The notes: generated by a model not told the origin, from the letters alone. Counted from the stretch's first letter, positions 30,360-42,499 are shown. The stretch: DNA of 64,000 nt from Acidimicrobiia bacterium (GCA_965215185.1 OZ244034.1:2528001-2592000); one strand, 5' to 3'. Program-made: numbers and translations.

Positions 30360-32102
30360 ATGAGCCTCGACCCGCACGACCTAATACCTGCCGAGCCGCC
30401 TCCCAAGGCGCTGCGCCTAGGCGGGCTCAACTGGGTCCGTAAGAACCTGTTTGCCTCGGTGTTCAACGGGACCCTGACTGCGCTCCTCACGGTGGGGCTG
30501 CTGTTGGGAATCTTGGCGGTGCTCCGTTTCGTCTTCAGTCCGGATCGACGTTGGGAGGTGATCCCTCCCAACGCCGCCAACTACACGGTGGGGTCATATC
30601 CCCGCGACGGCTTGACCAACATTTGGTGGTCGATTTGGGTCATCGCCGCTCTTGCCGGGATATCCACCGCCCTCTGGGGCGACAAGGGCCGGATCTCGCT
30701 GGTGAAGGTAGTGGCGGGGGTGAGGGCGGCAGGGATGACCGCTTTGGTGGTGGGAGTGCTGACGCTATGGTCTCCCGCCGGAACCGCCGTCCAATCCTGG
30801 CTGGTCTGGGGTGGGGCCGTCCTCGTCGCGGCCGGATGGGCGCTTATGAGGATGTTGTCGGGGGATAGAACGGTGCCCACTTTGAGCGCCATGGCTGTTG
30901 TGGCCGGACTGGGATTGTCGGTGCCGTGGTTCCTGCACCTCGACAGCACTGCCCACTGGTACCCGCGGTTGATCATCACCGCCTTGGTGTTAATGGCGTG
31001 CCATGCGTTAGGGCGGCTGGCCGCACGGTGGGCTTCGCCACGGGCTCTGAAAAGAACTGTCACGTTCCTGTGGGTGGCCTCCTTTCCCGTGATCTATATG
31101 CACATCCAACGCAGCCCCAGCCTGGAGTGGCAGGAGGTGCTCCCGTGGATTCCCTGGGCGGTTCTTGTGGTGGCGATCGGGCCGGTGGCGATCGGGCTGG
31201 TGAGCCGTCTGCGACGAGAGCAAGCGGCGGCGGTCAACTTTCTGCTGGGGGGAGTGGCGATCTTCTCCTGGGTGGTGCAGTGGCCGATGGCCATCCGGGT
31301 GATGACGCTGCTGCTGACGCTTTTCTCCATGGCCGCTCCCACTTTCGCCTCCAGCCCGCAGGCTCGGAAGGCCTTCTACTGGTCGTGGCTGGGAGGATCG
31401 GCCTGCGCCCTGTATTTCTTTCTGCTGGGGGTGGGATCGACTGATCTGGGCATCCGCGGAGACTTCCTGGGCGGATTCAACCTCACTATCCTGCTGGCGG
31501 TGGGAGGGATTGCTCTCTCCTTCCCCGTCGGGCTGCTTTTAGCCTTGGGGCGCACCTCGACCATGCCCATCTTTCGGCTTTTGTCCGTCGCCTATATAGA
31601 GGTGGTCAGGGGGGTCCCGCTGATCACCGTGTTGTTCTTTGCCGACAAGGTCATTCCCCGCTTTCTGCCACCGTGGGTGGATGTCCCCGGAGAGACAAAA
31701 GCTCTTCTGGCCATTACTGCCTTCTCCGCCGCCTACCTCGCCGAGAACGTGAGGGGTGGGCTGCAGTCGGTCTCCAAAGGACAATTCGAGGCAGCCCGGG
31801 CACTGGGAATGACCACCGCTCAGATGACCATGCTCATCACTCTGCCCCAAGCCTTGAAAGCGGTCATCCCCGCCTTGGTGGGCCAGGCCATCGCCCTCTT
31901 CAAGGACACGTCGCTGGTGGCGATCATCGGGCTGGCCGACTTTTTGAGAGTGGCCCGCGATGTGGTGCCCAACCAACCCGACTCCTTGGGGAGCATTCTG
32001 GAGAACCTGTTGCTGGCGGTGGTGGTCTATTGGGTATTTGCTTTTAACTTCAGTCGGGCCAGCCTACGGCTGGAGAAACGTTTGGGTGTAGGCACCCGCT
32101 AG
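30360..32102 (+). CDS. Amino-acid ABC transporter permease (AapM-like)
   Basis: RKNLFAS..N, RGVPLITVLF, AENVRGGLQ and FKDTSLV motifs. Confidence 0.9.
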   Translation: MSLDPHDLIPAEPPPKALRLGGLNWVRKNLFASVFNGTLTALLTVGLLLGILAVLRFVFSPDRRWEVIPPNAANYTVGSYPRDGLTNIWWSIWVIAALAGISTALWGDKGRISLVKVVAGVRAAGMTALVVGVLTLWSPAGTAVQSWLVWGGAVLVAAGWALMRMLSGDRTVPTLSAMAVVAGLGLSVPWFLHLDSTAHWYPRLIITALVLMACHALGRLAARWASPRALKRTVTFLWVASFPVIYMHIQRSPSLEWQEVLPWIPWAVLVVAIGPVAIGLVSRLRREQAAAVNFLLGGVAIFSWVVQWPMAIRVMTLLLTLFSMAAPTFASSPQARKAFYWSWLGGSACALYFFLLGVGSTDLGIRGDFLGGFNLTILLAVGGIALSFPVGLLLALGRTSTMPIFRLLSVAYIEVVRGVPLITVLFFADKVIPRFLPPWVDVPGETKALLAITAFSAAYLAENVRGGLQSVSKGQFEAARALGMTTAQMTMLITLPQALKAVIPALVGQAIALFKDTSLVAIIGLADFLRVARDVVPNQPDSLGSILENLLLAVVVYWVFAFNFSRASLRLEKRLGVGTR

Positions 32103-32117
32103 CGTGAGGGAGTGATT

Positions 32118-32870
32118 ATGGAAAACCAAGCAGCCAACCAGATCATCGTATGCGAGAACGTGAAGAAGTGGTTCGGGGATTTTCAGGCCCTCCGAGGCGT
32201 TACCACCTCCATAGCCGAGGGGGAGGTGGTGGTGATCATCGGACCGTCGGGATCGGGTAAATCCACCTTCATACGTTGTATCAATCGCCTGGAGCAACAC
32301 CAGGAGGGGCGGATCGTGGTGGGCGGAACCGAACTCACCTCCGATGTTCGAAACATTGAGCGAATCCGCTCAGACGTGGGGATGGTCTTCCAGCAGTTCA
32401 ACCTGTTCCCTCATCTCACCGTGCTGCAGAACATCACTCTGGCCCAGGTCTGGGTCCGCAAACGGAGCAAGGCGGACGCCGAGGAGCGGGCGCTGGATCT
32501 CCTGGAGCGGGTGAATATCCCCGAGCAAGCCTCCAAGTACCCGGGACAGCTCTCCGGTGGCCAGCAGCAGCGGGTGGCCATTGCCCGCTCGCTGGCCATG
32601 GATCCCAAGATCATGCTGTTCGACGAGCCGACTTCCGCTCTCGATCCCGAGATGATCGCAGAAGTGCTGGAAGTGATGCGCGAGCTGGCCCGCACCGGGA
32701 TGACCATCCTGGCTGTCACCCACGAAATGGGCTTCGCCCGCGAAGTCGCCAACCGCATCCTGCTGTTCGACGAGGGCCAGATAATAGAGGAAGGCCCCCC
32801 CGCAGAGTTCTTCACCAACCCCCGCCACCCCCGCACCCAACTGTTCCTGAAACAAATCCTCAGTCACTGA
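32118..32870 (+). CDS. Amino-acid ABC transporter ATP-binding protein (AapP/GlnQ-like)
   Basis: GPSGSGKST, LSGGQQQR and FDEPTSALDPE motifs. Confidence 0.95.
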   Translation: MENQAANQIIVCENVKKWFGDFQALRGVTTSIAEGEVVVIIGPSGSGKSTFIRCINRLEQHQEGRIVVGGTELTSDVRNIERIRSDVGMVFQQFNLFPHLTVLQNITLAQVWVRKRSKADAEERALDLLERVNIPEQASKYPGQLSGGQQQRVAIARSLAMDPKIMLFDEPTSALDPEMIAEVLEVMRELARTGMTILAVTHEMGFAREVANRILLFDEGQIIEEGPPAEFFTNPRHPRTQLFLKQILSH

Positions 32871-33103
32871 GGCGGGACGAGGAGCAGAGGACCCAAAGAT
32901 ACGGACGGCGCCGCGACAGGATCTTGGGGTTCTGCACCGGCAAACGGCTTTATAGGGTTTTTATCCATAGGGTGGCAAACTGTTGGCATGCCCCATGGAA
33001 ATGACACCAATAGTGGCCTTTAGCCAGGGGGTTTGTAGTATCACCAATCCATAAAGGAGGCGAGGAGGGTGGAAAAGATGGAACCGACCGGAGGGGGGAA
33101 GAA

Positions 33104-33298
33104 ATGAGTGAACCTATCAAGGGTTATATAGTTCGAGGCAAGAAGCGAGCACCGAAAGCCTATCCCTCCGGTCGGGTATGCGTCCAGCAGGGGTGCGAGG
33201 TGAAGCTGAACCGGTACAACCGCCGGGAGCACTGCTACAACCACGCTCCGGTCCGGTATCCGCGAGTCAGGGGCAGGGTAGTTCCGGAGAACGCCTAG
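33104..33298 (+). CDS. Small basic protein with C-x4-C..C-x2-H putative zinc finger
   Basis: CVQQGC..CYNH; purine-rich RBS; followed by a terminator hairpin. Confidence 0.75.
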   Translation: MSEPIKGYIVRGKKRAPKAYPSGRVCVQQGCEVKLNRYNRREHCYNHAPVRYPRVRGRVVPENA

Positions 33299-33356
33299 AC
33301 ATTAAGTTTCCCTCCCTGACTCCAAACTGGAAGGGGTTGGGAAATTCGGAGACGAG

Positions 33357-33393
33357 AAAGGCGGCCCTTGGCCAAGCCCAGGGCCGCCTTTTT
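33357..33393. terminator. Bidirectional intrinsic terminator
   Basis: AAAGGCGGCCCT-loop-AGGGCCGCCTTTTT between convergent genes. Confidence 0.85.
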
Positions 33394-33408
33394 GCGTGTT
33401 CGGGAGCG

Positions 33409-35361
<1,953 letters not shown>

Positions 35362-35541
35362 GGTGCGCTCCTTCGTTGGGCTATGACTCGCTCCCGAATT
35401 TAGGGAAGCCTTTCAACATTTCGGTTAGACCGTTGACAGTCTGATAAGACCATGGTAGATGACAAATCGGGGCCGGTAGCGTGACTGCAGATGGGAATCC
35501 GGCCCAGCGGAACGGGTAGGGAGGCCAGGTTGGACCCGTGA

Positions 35542-37053
35542 TCAGCGGCGGTGGCGGCTGGGATAGCGGCGGCGATATGTGGCGTGCAGGCTTTCCCAGA
35601 CCAGTGCGGTTATGGCCAGGATCTGTACCCAGTCTCCCAGTCGGACATAGAGGGTCGGCCCTTGGCTCTCAGCCCTGGTATGAACCTCACCGATCAACAG
35701 GGCCTCTTCGGCAAGGGCGGTGCGCGGTCCGGTCTCTCCGGTAGGTGTTATGAGGGTGGATCGGCCGGTCACCGCGGTGTGAATCAGCGGCATGCCCAAT
35801 TCCGCGGCCCGCATGCGAGTGATGCCGATGAACTGGTCGGAGGCCACCGAGCGGGGGTAGCTCTCCTGGCTGGTGGCCAAGATCAGTAGCCCGGCGCCTT
35901 CGCGGGCGTTCTCCCTGCCGTAGCGAGCGAACGACCCTTCAAAGGAGATCACTGATCCGAACGGTCCGAACCCCAGGTCCCACACCAGCGGCCCATCCCC
36001 TCGGACCATGTCCCGGGGCACCGCCTTCAACTCCTCCACCCATCCGAACCACCTTCGGGCCGGAACATATTCTCCGAAGGGAACCGGGTGCTGCTTGTGG
36101 TATTCGCTGACTATTCGGCCCGTTTGGTCGAACACCACATTGGCGTTCACCCAGTGGGTGTCGTTGAGTGGGCGATCGCCTCCGGCCAGCAGAACCGCTC
36201 CGATCCGGGCCGCCTCGGCCCCCATGGTCTCCGCCACTTCGGGAGCGTTTATGGGATCGGCCGTCCATGAGCCGGTCGAGCCTTCCGGCCATATCACCAA
36301 ATCGACGCTGCCCGGCACCAAGGTGCGGGTGATGCGCAAGTGGTTTTGGTAGACCTGATAGCGCTCGTTTGGGCAGTGCTCACCTGGACAGGGGTTGTTT
36401 CCCTGCACCACCGCCACCCTGACCATCTTCCCTTCGACTTGTGGTGGCCACAGGGCCCCGCCGACCAACAGCAGTGCCAGCAGCCCGGCCACCCCGCCCG
36501 CCAAACGAAAAGATGCCGGGCGACGGGTGTGGCGGGCGGCCAGTAGAGCCAAAGCGGCAGCGGCAGCCACCACCAGCACTGTCCAACCCGATGCGCCGAT
36601 CCATCGCGCGGCGCTGCGGGGCGGGGACCAGTCGCTTAGGGCATATCCGGACATCCCCCATTCCAATCCCCCCAGAGGCCATCGGACCCTAAGCCACTCT
36701 GCAAGTGCCCAACCACCCACCGCCCGGATGAACCATACGGAGGCTGGCGCCTCGGAACTGCGCGCCATGAAGACGGCGTATAGAGCGGGGAAGAGCGAGA
36801 CGACCAATACTGGAGGGATAAAGGCAATGACTCCCAATTCCGCAAGCCAGGGCATCAAGAACCCGAAAAACGATCCTCCGAATAGCAGGCCGGCCAATAC
36901 GGCCATGGGCAGCGTTTGAAGTCGCCTGGTTTGCAGCAGGAACAAGGCAAAGGCCGGGACCGCTATCCACCACCAGCCGCGGGGCGGAAAGGCCATGGCC
37001 AGGGCAGCGCCGGCGACAGCAGAAAGCAGGATGGGGGCAAATCGGTTGGGCAT
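35542..37053 (-). CDS. lnt: Apolipoprotein N-acyltransferase
   Basis: N-terminal TMs; WPEG, YHKQHPVPFGEY and MRAAE motifs; the usual ICFE nucleophile motif reads ISFE. Confidence 0.9.
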   Translation of the reverse strand: MPNRFAPILLSAVAGAALAMAFPPRGWWWIAVPAFALFLLQTRRLQTLPMAVLAGLLFGGSFFGFLMPWLAELGVIAFIPPVLVVSLFPALYAVFMARSSEAPASVWFIRAVGGWALAEWLRVRWPLGGLEWGMSGYALSDWSPPRSAARWIGASGWTVLVVAAAAALALLAARHTRRPASFRLAGGVAGLLALLLVGGALWPPQVEGKMVRVAVVQGNNPCPGEHCPNERYQVYQNHLRITRTLVPGSVDLVIWPEGSTGSWTADPINAPEVAETMGAEAARIGAVLLAGGDRPLNDTHWVNANVVFDQTGRIVSEYHKQHPVPFGEYVPARRWFGWVEELKAVPRDMVRGDGPLVWDLGFGPFGSVISFEGSFARYGRENAREGAGLLILATSQESYPRSVASDQFIGITRMRAAELGMPLIHTAVTGRSTLITPTGETGPRTALAEEALLIGEVHTRAESQGPTLYVRLGDWVQILAITALVWESLHATYRRRYPSRHRR

Positions 37054-37107
37054 GGGTCTTTGCTTGTCAGGCTACCCAAGACCAGGGGGCAGGGTAACCT
37101 CTGTTCG

Positions 37108-37953
37108 GTGAAGAGCGGCGTCGGCATTTTCAGCGATCTGGAACTGGCTGTGGTGGTGGCGCGCCAGGCTGCGGAGCGGCTGAGGGAGGCTTTGGGGGAA
37201 AAGACGGAGGTGGAGTTCAAAGGAGAGGTGGACCCGGTCACCGAGGTGGATCGGCAGGTGGAGGCCGAGATACGGCAGATGCTGTTGCTCCATCGGCCTG
37301 CAGACGGAATACTGGGAGAGGAGGAAGGAGGCATTCTTCCCCCAAAGGGCCGGGTGTGGATCCTTGACCCTTTGGACGGGACGGTCAACTTCATCCACGG
37401 ATTGGCGCCGGTCAGCGTGTCCGTGGCTTTGTGGGAGGACCGAACTCCTGTGGTGGGAGTAGTAATCGAAGCCATACACGGCGAAGAGTTCACCGCGGCG
37501 CGCGGGGAGGGCGCCACGCTCGGCGCTCGGCCGATATCGGTTAGCTCGAACGCCCTTTTATCTCAAGCCCTGGTCGCGACCGGCTTTCCCTATGACCGGC
37601 AGAAGCGGGCACAAGAGTATGCCGGGTTGCTGGCCACGGTGCTGGCCACTTGCCAGGGAGTGCGGCGCCGGGGATCGGCGGCTTTGGATCTCTGCTATGT
37701 CGCCGATGGCCGATTTGACGCCTACTGGGAGCAGGGGTTGGGGGTCTGGGACATGGCTGCTGGGATCTTAATTGTGGAGGAGGCAGGTGGAACGGTGACC
37801 GACCTTGAAGGAGGCCCGGTTCCACTGGACGGATCAATGGTATTAGCTACCAACGGCGCCGTCCATCAGCGGTTTGGAAAGGTGCTAGCCCAAGCGGCCA
37901 GCCAGGCAAATCCGGGGAGAAATAATGGGAAACACCAAAAAAGAGATCTTTGA
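37108..37953 (+). CDS. Inositol monophosphatase family (SuhB-like)
   Basis: GEE, WILDPLDGTVNF, GSAALDL and WDMAAG motifs; start approximate. Confidence 0.92.
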   Translation: MKSGVGIFSDLELAVVVARQAAERLREALGEKTEVEFKGEVDPVTEVDRQVEAEIRQMLLLHRPADGILGEEEGGILPPKGRVWILDPLDGTVNFIHGLAPVSVSVALWEDRTPVVGVVIEAIHGEEFTAARGEGATLGARPISVSSNALLSQALVATGFPYDRQKRAQEYAGLLATVLATCQGVRRRGSAALDLCYVADGRFDAYWEQGLGVWDMAAGILIVEEAGGTVTDLEGGPVPLDGSMVLATNGAVHQRFGKVLAQAASQANPGRNNGKHQKRDL

Positions 37954-39898
37954 CTACACGGCTATCAGCGTTTCGCTGATAGAAAAACTCACGTCGCAGG
38001 CCATCGCGGAAGCCGAACGTCTTCGGTCCGAGGTAATGGATACCGACTCTCCTCGCTCTTACCGCAATACACTGGCGCCGCTCGAGGCGGTGGGGGAGAC
38101 GCTCAGCAGAGCTTTCGGCGAGGTTGGCTTCATGGGCTATGTTCATACCAACCCGGACGTAAGGGCGGCGGGCCGCGCCTGTACCGAACAACTTTCCAAA
38201 TGGCAGACGGAGCTCGCTTTCGACCCCGGCCTCTACCAGGCGGTGGAGGCTTTGTCGGCCACCGATGAGGCTGCCGCTCTCACCGGGGAGCGTGCCCGAT
38301 ACCTGGAGTTTGTCCGCCGGGACCTGAAGCGGGCTGGCCATCACCTTCCCACCGAATCGCAGGACCGGGTAAAAGAACTGACTCGGCGGCTGATCGAATT
38401 GGGAGTGGCCTTCGAGCAGAACATCGCCGAGTACGACGACGCCTTGGAGGTAACCCGGCAGGATCTGCAGGGTCTGCCGGAGTCCTATATCGATTCCCTA
38501 CCACCCGCCGATGAGGAGGGGCGGCTGCGGGTAACAATGGCCTATCCTCACGTGATTCCCTTCATGGAGAACGCGCCGCGCCGCGACCTGCGCCGCAGAC
38601 TGATGGGAAAGTTCAACAGCCGGGCCGTGGAGACCAACCGTCGGCCGCTGGAGGAGGCGGTGGCGATTCGCATGGAGATAGCTGCCCTGTTCGATGAGCC
38701 CTCGTGGGCGCACCATCGGCTAACCGATCGGATGGCCAAGACGCCCGAGGCAGTCGAGAACTTTTATGACCTGTTGTTGGAACCGCTTCGCGAGGCCGGG
38801 CGCCGGGAGATTGACCGTATCACCGGGATGTTGGAGGCTGATGGAGAAGAGGGCCCCACTCAGGTTTGGGATTGGCGGTACTACGACAACCAGATCCGCC
38901 TCACCGAATACGGAGTGGACCAGATGGAAGTGGCGGGGTACTTTCCGCTCGACCGGGTGGTGGAGGGAATGCTGGATCTAACCGGGGAGGTGTTTGGACT
39001 GGAGTACCGGGTGGCGGAGGCGCCGGTTTGGCATGAAAAAGTGATCACCTACGCGGTTTTCCACCAGGCGTCGGGGGAGAGAATCGCCCATTTTCATATG
39101 GACCTCTTCCCTCGAGAGGGAAAGTTCAGCCACGCCGCGGCATTTCCGTTGGTAGGAGGCCGCCGCCTGACTGATGGGTCTTATCAGCAACCTCGGTCGG
39201 CGATTGTGGCCAACTTCACCCCGCCCGCGGATGGAATGCCCGCGCTGTTGCAGCATTCGGAGGTGGTGACACTGTTTCACGAGTTCGGGCACATCCTTCA
39301 CCAGGTTCTCACCCGGACCGAATTGGGCCGGTTTTCGGGAACCAGCACCGAGGGGGACTTCGTGGAGGCGCCCAGCCAGATCATGGAGAACTGGACCTGG
39401 CGACCCGAGATATTGGCCCGGTTCGCCTTCCATCACGAGACAGGGGAACCGCTGCCCTCCGCGCTATTGGAGAAGCTGACCGGCGCAAGGCTGCTGAACG
39501 TGGCCATCTCGAAGCTTCGCCAGGCCAGTTTCGGGCTGTTGGATATGGCCCTGCACGGTCCCCAGCCCGAAAAGGATCTCGACGAGATGCTGGCGGGCGC
39601 CACCGAGGTGTCGCTGTTCCCTCTCCAGGAGGGAACCTTCTTCCCGGCCAGTTTCGGGCATCTGATGGCGGGCTATGACGCCGGCTACTATGGGTATCTG
39701 TGGTCGGAGGTGTACGGGGACGACATGTGGCGCCGTTTTGAGGAGGAGGGGATCACCAATCCGGCGGTGGGCATGGATTACCGCCGAGAGGTATTGGAAG
39801 TGGGCGGCTCCCGAGACGCTCTCGACACTCTGCGAGCCTTTCTAAAGAGAGACCCTGACAACGGCGCCTTTCTCCGCAAGCTCGGAATCAGTACGTAG
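37925..39898 (+). CDS. M3A oligopeptidase (thimet oligopeptidase-like)
   Basis: DLFPREGKFSHAA, FHEFGH, DFVEAPSQ and YDAGYYGYLWS motifs. Confidence 0.93.
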   Translation: MGNTKKEIFDYTAISVSLIEKLTSQAIAEAERLRSEVMDTDSPRSYRNTLAPLEAVGETLSRAFGEVGFMGYVHTNPDVRAAGRACTEQLSKWQTELAFDPGLYQAVEALSATDEAAALTGERARYLEFVRRDLKRAGHHLPTESQDRVKELTRRLIELGVAFEQNIAEYDDALEVTRQDLQGLPESYIDSLPPADEEGRLRVTMAYPHVIPFMENAPRRDLRRRLMGKFNSRAVETNRRPLEEAVAIRMEIAALFDEPSWAHHRLTDRMAKTPEAVENFYDLLLEPLREAGRREIDRITGMLEADGEEGPTQVWDWRYYDNQIRLTEYGVDQMEVAGYFPLDRVVEGMLDLTGEVFGLEYRVAEAPVWHEKVITYAVFHQASGERIAHFHMDLFPREGKFSHAAAFPLVGGRRLTDGSYQQPRSAIVANFTPPADGMPALLQHSEVVTLFHEFGHILHQVLTRTELGRFSGTSTEGDFVEAPSQIMENWTWRPEILARFAFHHETGEPLPSALLEKLTGARLLNVAISKLRQASFGLLDMALHGPQPEKDLDEMLAGATEVSLFPLQEGTFFPASFGHLMAGYDAGYYGYLWSEVYGDDMWRRFEEEGITNPAVGMDYRREVLEVGGSRDALDTLRAFLKRDPDNGAFLRKLGIST

Positions 39899-39987
39899 AT
39901 CAGGCGCTGCTCCCAACCCGGCGAGATAGGTGGGAACGCAATGCCTAAGAACCACTGCCGGTCCTTACCGCTGGTTGGACCCCAAGC

Positions 39988-40692
39988 TCAGGAATCCAGG
40001 TCGATCCCGCCGAATAAACAGATGCCGGTGAGGGTGAGTCGGCCTACCGGGACGCGGGATGGGGAGCGGTCACGCTTGTCTTCGATGCTTCCGAGGAGAT
40101 TATTGATCTGTACATCAATGGTCCAGTTGTCGGGGATCCGGATCTGAGCGCTGCCGAATATCACCGTGATGTCCAAGGTAGCTTCGCCGTCGGCGAGGGA
40201 AGCGTCGCGCAGGTTGATCTCGGTGCTTGCGAATACGGAGATGACCTGGCCGCCCGCTAGCGCTTGATCATTGACGCGTCGCTGGGAACTGCCGAAAACA
40301 GATGTGACGTTCAGTTCGCCGGGAGAGGGCCTGTCGTCAATGCGTTGTTGAGGCGCCGGTCGTGAGCGCTTCCTGTTGCGGCCCAAGAGTATCTTCGCCC
40401 CGACCAGGATCAGAACCAGCGGCCAGAACCTCCAGATATCCCCGATCGAGTATTCCCAAACATCCTGGGTATCCAAGAGGAAAAACACACCCAGGGCAAT
40501 GAGCGCTATAGCCCCAACCCGCGAGGAGTCTTTTCTTACCAGGTTCCAGATTCCCATCACGATCAGGATGACGGGCCACCATCCCCCCCAGGGGATTTCC
40601 CAATCGGTGAGGTTCTCCAAAAGGAACACCACACCGATGGCAAGAATTGCCAAGCCGACAAACACCCGGGGGCCTCGAGCAGCAGACGCCAT
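39988..40692 (-). CDS. LiaF-like membrane protein (cell-envelope stress)
   Basis: Four TMs with repeated WP.IL motif; C-terminal VFG..D/I repeats. Confidence 0.8.
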   Translation of the reverse strand: MASAARGPRVFVGLAILAIGVVFLLENLTDWEIPWGGWWPVILIVMGIWNLVRKDSSRVGAIALIALGVFFLLDTQDVWEYSIGDIWRFWPLVLILVGAKILLGRNRKRSRPAPQQRIDDRPSPGELNVTSVFGSSQRRVNDQALAGGQVISVFASTEINLRDASLADGEATLDITVIFGSAQIRIPDNWTIDVQINNLLGSIEDKRDRSPSRVPVGRLTLTGICLFGGIDLDS

Positions 40693-40777
40693 TTTTCCTC
40701 CTCAGTCACAGGGCCGCATAGCAGATGCTAGGCACATCCGTCATGAAACAATACGGCGGCGCCGGGCGGGCCCTAAG

Positions 40778-42419
40778 CCTGGATCCACCGATGGTTTGTG
40801 GGAGGGTGCGGAGGTTAATGCGTTGAAGTGCCTCTCTGACCTGGGAGAATAGCTGTTATCTAAACACGGCTATTACTCAGGCAGAGGAGGCACTTGTGGT
40901 GAACAGGATACCGAAGGATGTTGACCGGTTGGGGGTGGTGTTCGATGACGGGTCGTTGGTAGCCGACGCGGGGTTGTTGGTAGCCGCCACGTTGATGAAG
41001 CGGCTAGGTTTGGAACAGTTGCTGGTCGAGACCGTACGTTTGGGTGATCGCCCGGGAGGAGCGCATCCAGGTCGCAAGGTACTGTCGTTGGTGGCGTCGA
41101 TGTTGGTGGGCGGTTCCCACATTGATCATGCCGATCGGCTGCGGGCCGGTTCCACCCAGAGGGTGTTGCCGTTTTTGGTGATGGCCCCGTCCACGTTGGG
41201 GACGTTCCTTCGTTCGTTCACATGGGGTCATGTCCGCCAACTGGACAAAGCTCTGGGTGAAACCCTTCGACGGGTCTGGTCCTCGGGCGCAGGTCCCGAC
41301 AGCAATCCGGTGACCATAGATGTGGACTCCACCATTTGTGAGGTGTCGGGCAAGACCAAACAAGGTGCTTCTTATGGGTACACCGGACAGTTGGGATACC
41401 ACCCTTTGGTGGCGGTGCGGTCGGACACCGCAGAGATCGTCGGTTCCCGTCTGCGGAGCGGTTCCTCCCAACGGGGCAACACCCATTTCATTGTGGAGGC
41501 GGTGAACCGTGTCAGGCGGGCAGGCGCTTGTGGTCCGGTCACCGTTCGGACCGATTCTGGGTTCTGGTCCTACCGTCTCATAGACAACTTGGATCGTTTG
41601 GGAGCCGAATGGTCGATCACCATACCCCAATATCGGCAGGTCAGAAAGGCTATAGCGAACATAGCTGAGGACGAGTGGGAACCGATCAGTTATCCCGAGG
41701 ATGGCGAGGCGCAGGTGGCCGAGACTACGTTCATCGCCTCCAAGAAAGGCAACCACCGTCGAGTGCGGGTAGTGGTGCGCCGCACCCGACTATCGGATCC
41801 CCACCAGGCGCAACTGTGGCCCGACTGGCGATACCACACCTTCGCCACCAACACCGAACTGTCCCCCATCGCGGCGGATGCTTACCACCGTGCACACGCC
41901 CGCGCCGAGTTGGCCATCAGAGACCTCAAAGCCCACGCCGGGCTTTCCCACTGCCCTTCAGGGAACTTCTACGCCAACGCCGCCTGGCTTTCCTGCGCCG
42001 TCCTGGCACACAACATCTACCGGTGGATCCAATACCACACCCGACCGGTCGGGCAAACCTTGACCAACGGGAACACTGTCCGCACCCGCCTGTTCCGACT
42101 GCCCGGAAGGATCGTGAACCACGGACGGAAACTGATCCTGCGCCTCCCCACCAAATGGCCATGGGCCGACCTCTACCGCACCACCCTCACCAGCATCCGC
42201 AGGCTGCCCCAACTCTGCTGACCCGACTCGCTCAGCACAACGAACCACCAAACCACCGCCCACAGGGCTCCACGCGTCCCCACACGCTCCAGACCCAACC
42301 GCACACCCCCAACAAACCGGCCGAACCCCCACAGAAGCATCACATCCCCTCCGCCACCGCCCGATCATCCCAAAACGCACCCACCATCCCCACCAAACTC
42401 ACCCATCGGTGGATTCAGG
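40778..42419 (+). mobile_element. IS1380-family insertion sequence, complete
   Basis: TIRs CCTGGATCCACCGATGG / CCATCGGTGGATTCAGG; 5-bp target duplication CTAAG at 40773-40777 and 42420-42424. Confidence 0.92.
40896..42221 (+). CDS. IS1380-family DDE transposase
   Basis: DAGL, APSTLGTFLRSF, DVDST, GYHPL, RTDSGF, E.AIRDLK and ANAAW motifs. Confidence 0.93.
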   Translation: MVNRIPKDVDRLGVVFDDGSLVADAGLLVAATLMKRLGLEQLLVETVRLGDRPGGAHPGRKVLSLVASMLVGGSHIDHADRLRAGSTQRVLPFLVMAPSTLGTFLRSFTWGHVRQLDKALGETLRRVWSSGAGPDSNPVTIDVDSTICEVSGKTKQGASYGYTGQLGYHPLVAVRSDTAEIVGSRLRSGSSQRGNTHFIVEAVNRVRRAGACGPVTVRTDSGFWSYRLIDNLDRLGAEWSITIPQYRQVRKAIANIAEDEWEPISYPEDGEAQVAETTFIASKKGNHRRVRVVVRRTRLSDPHQAQLWPDWRYHTFATNTELSPIAADAYHRAHARAELAIRDLKAHAGLSHCPSGNFYANAAWLSCAVLAHNIYRWIQYHTRPVGQTLTNGNTVRTRLFRLPGRIVNHGRKLILRLPTKWPWADLYRTTLTSIRRLPQLC

Positions 42420-42499
42420 CTAAGAGGCTGTTCATGAGCATTGCCTTTCGGCCCATGCCACTACGGGTCAGATAGAGCCAAGGAAGGTGGCAAAAGTAA

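Noticed and set aside
35433-35505. TTGACA plus GGGCCGG..CCGGCCC hairpin as a small RNA gene
   Set aside because: No proper -10 at the right spacing; the hairpin is explained more simply as a terminator for lnt.
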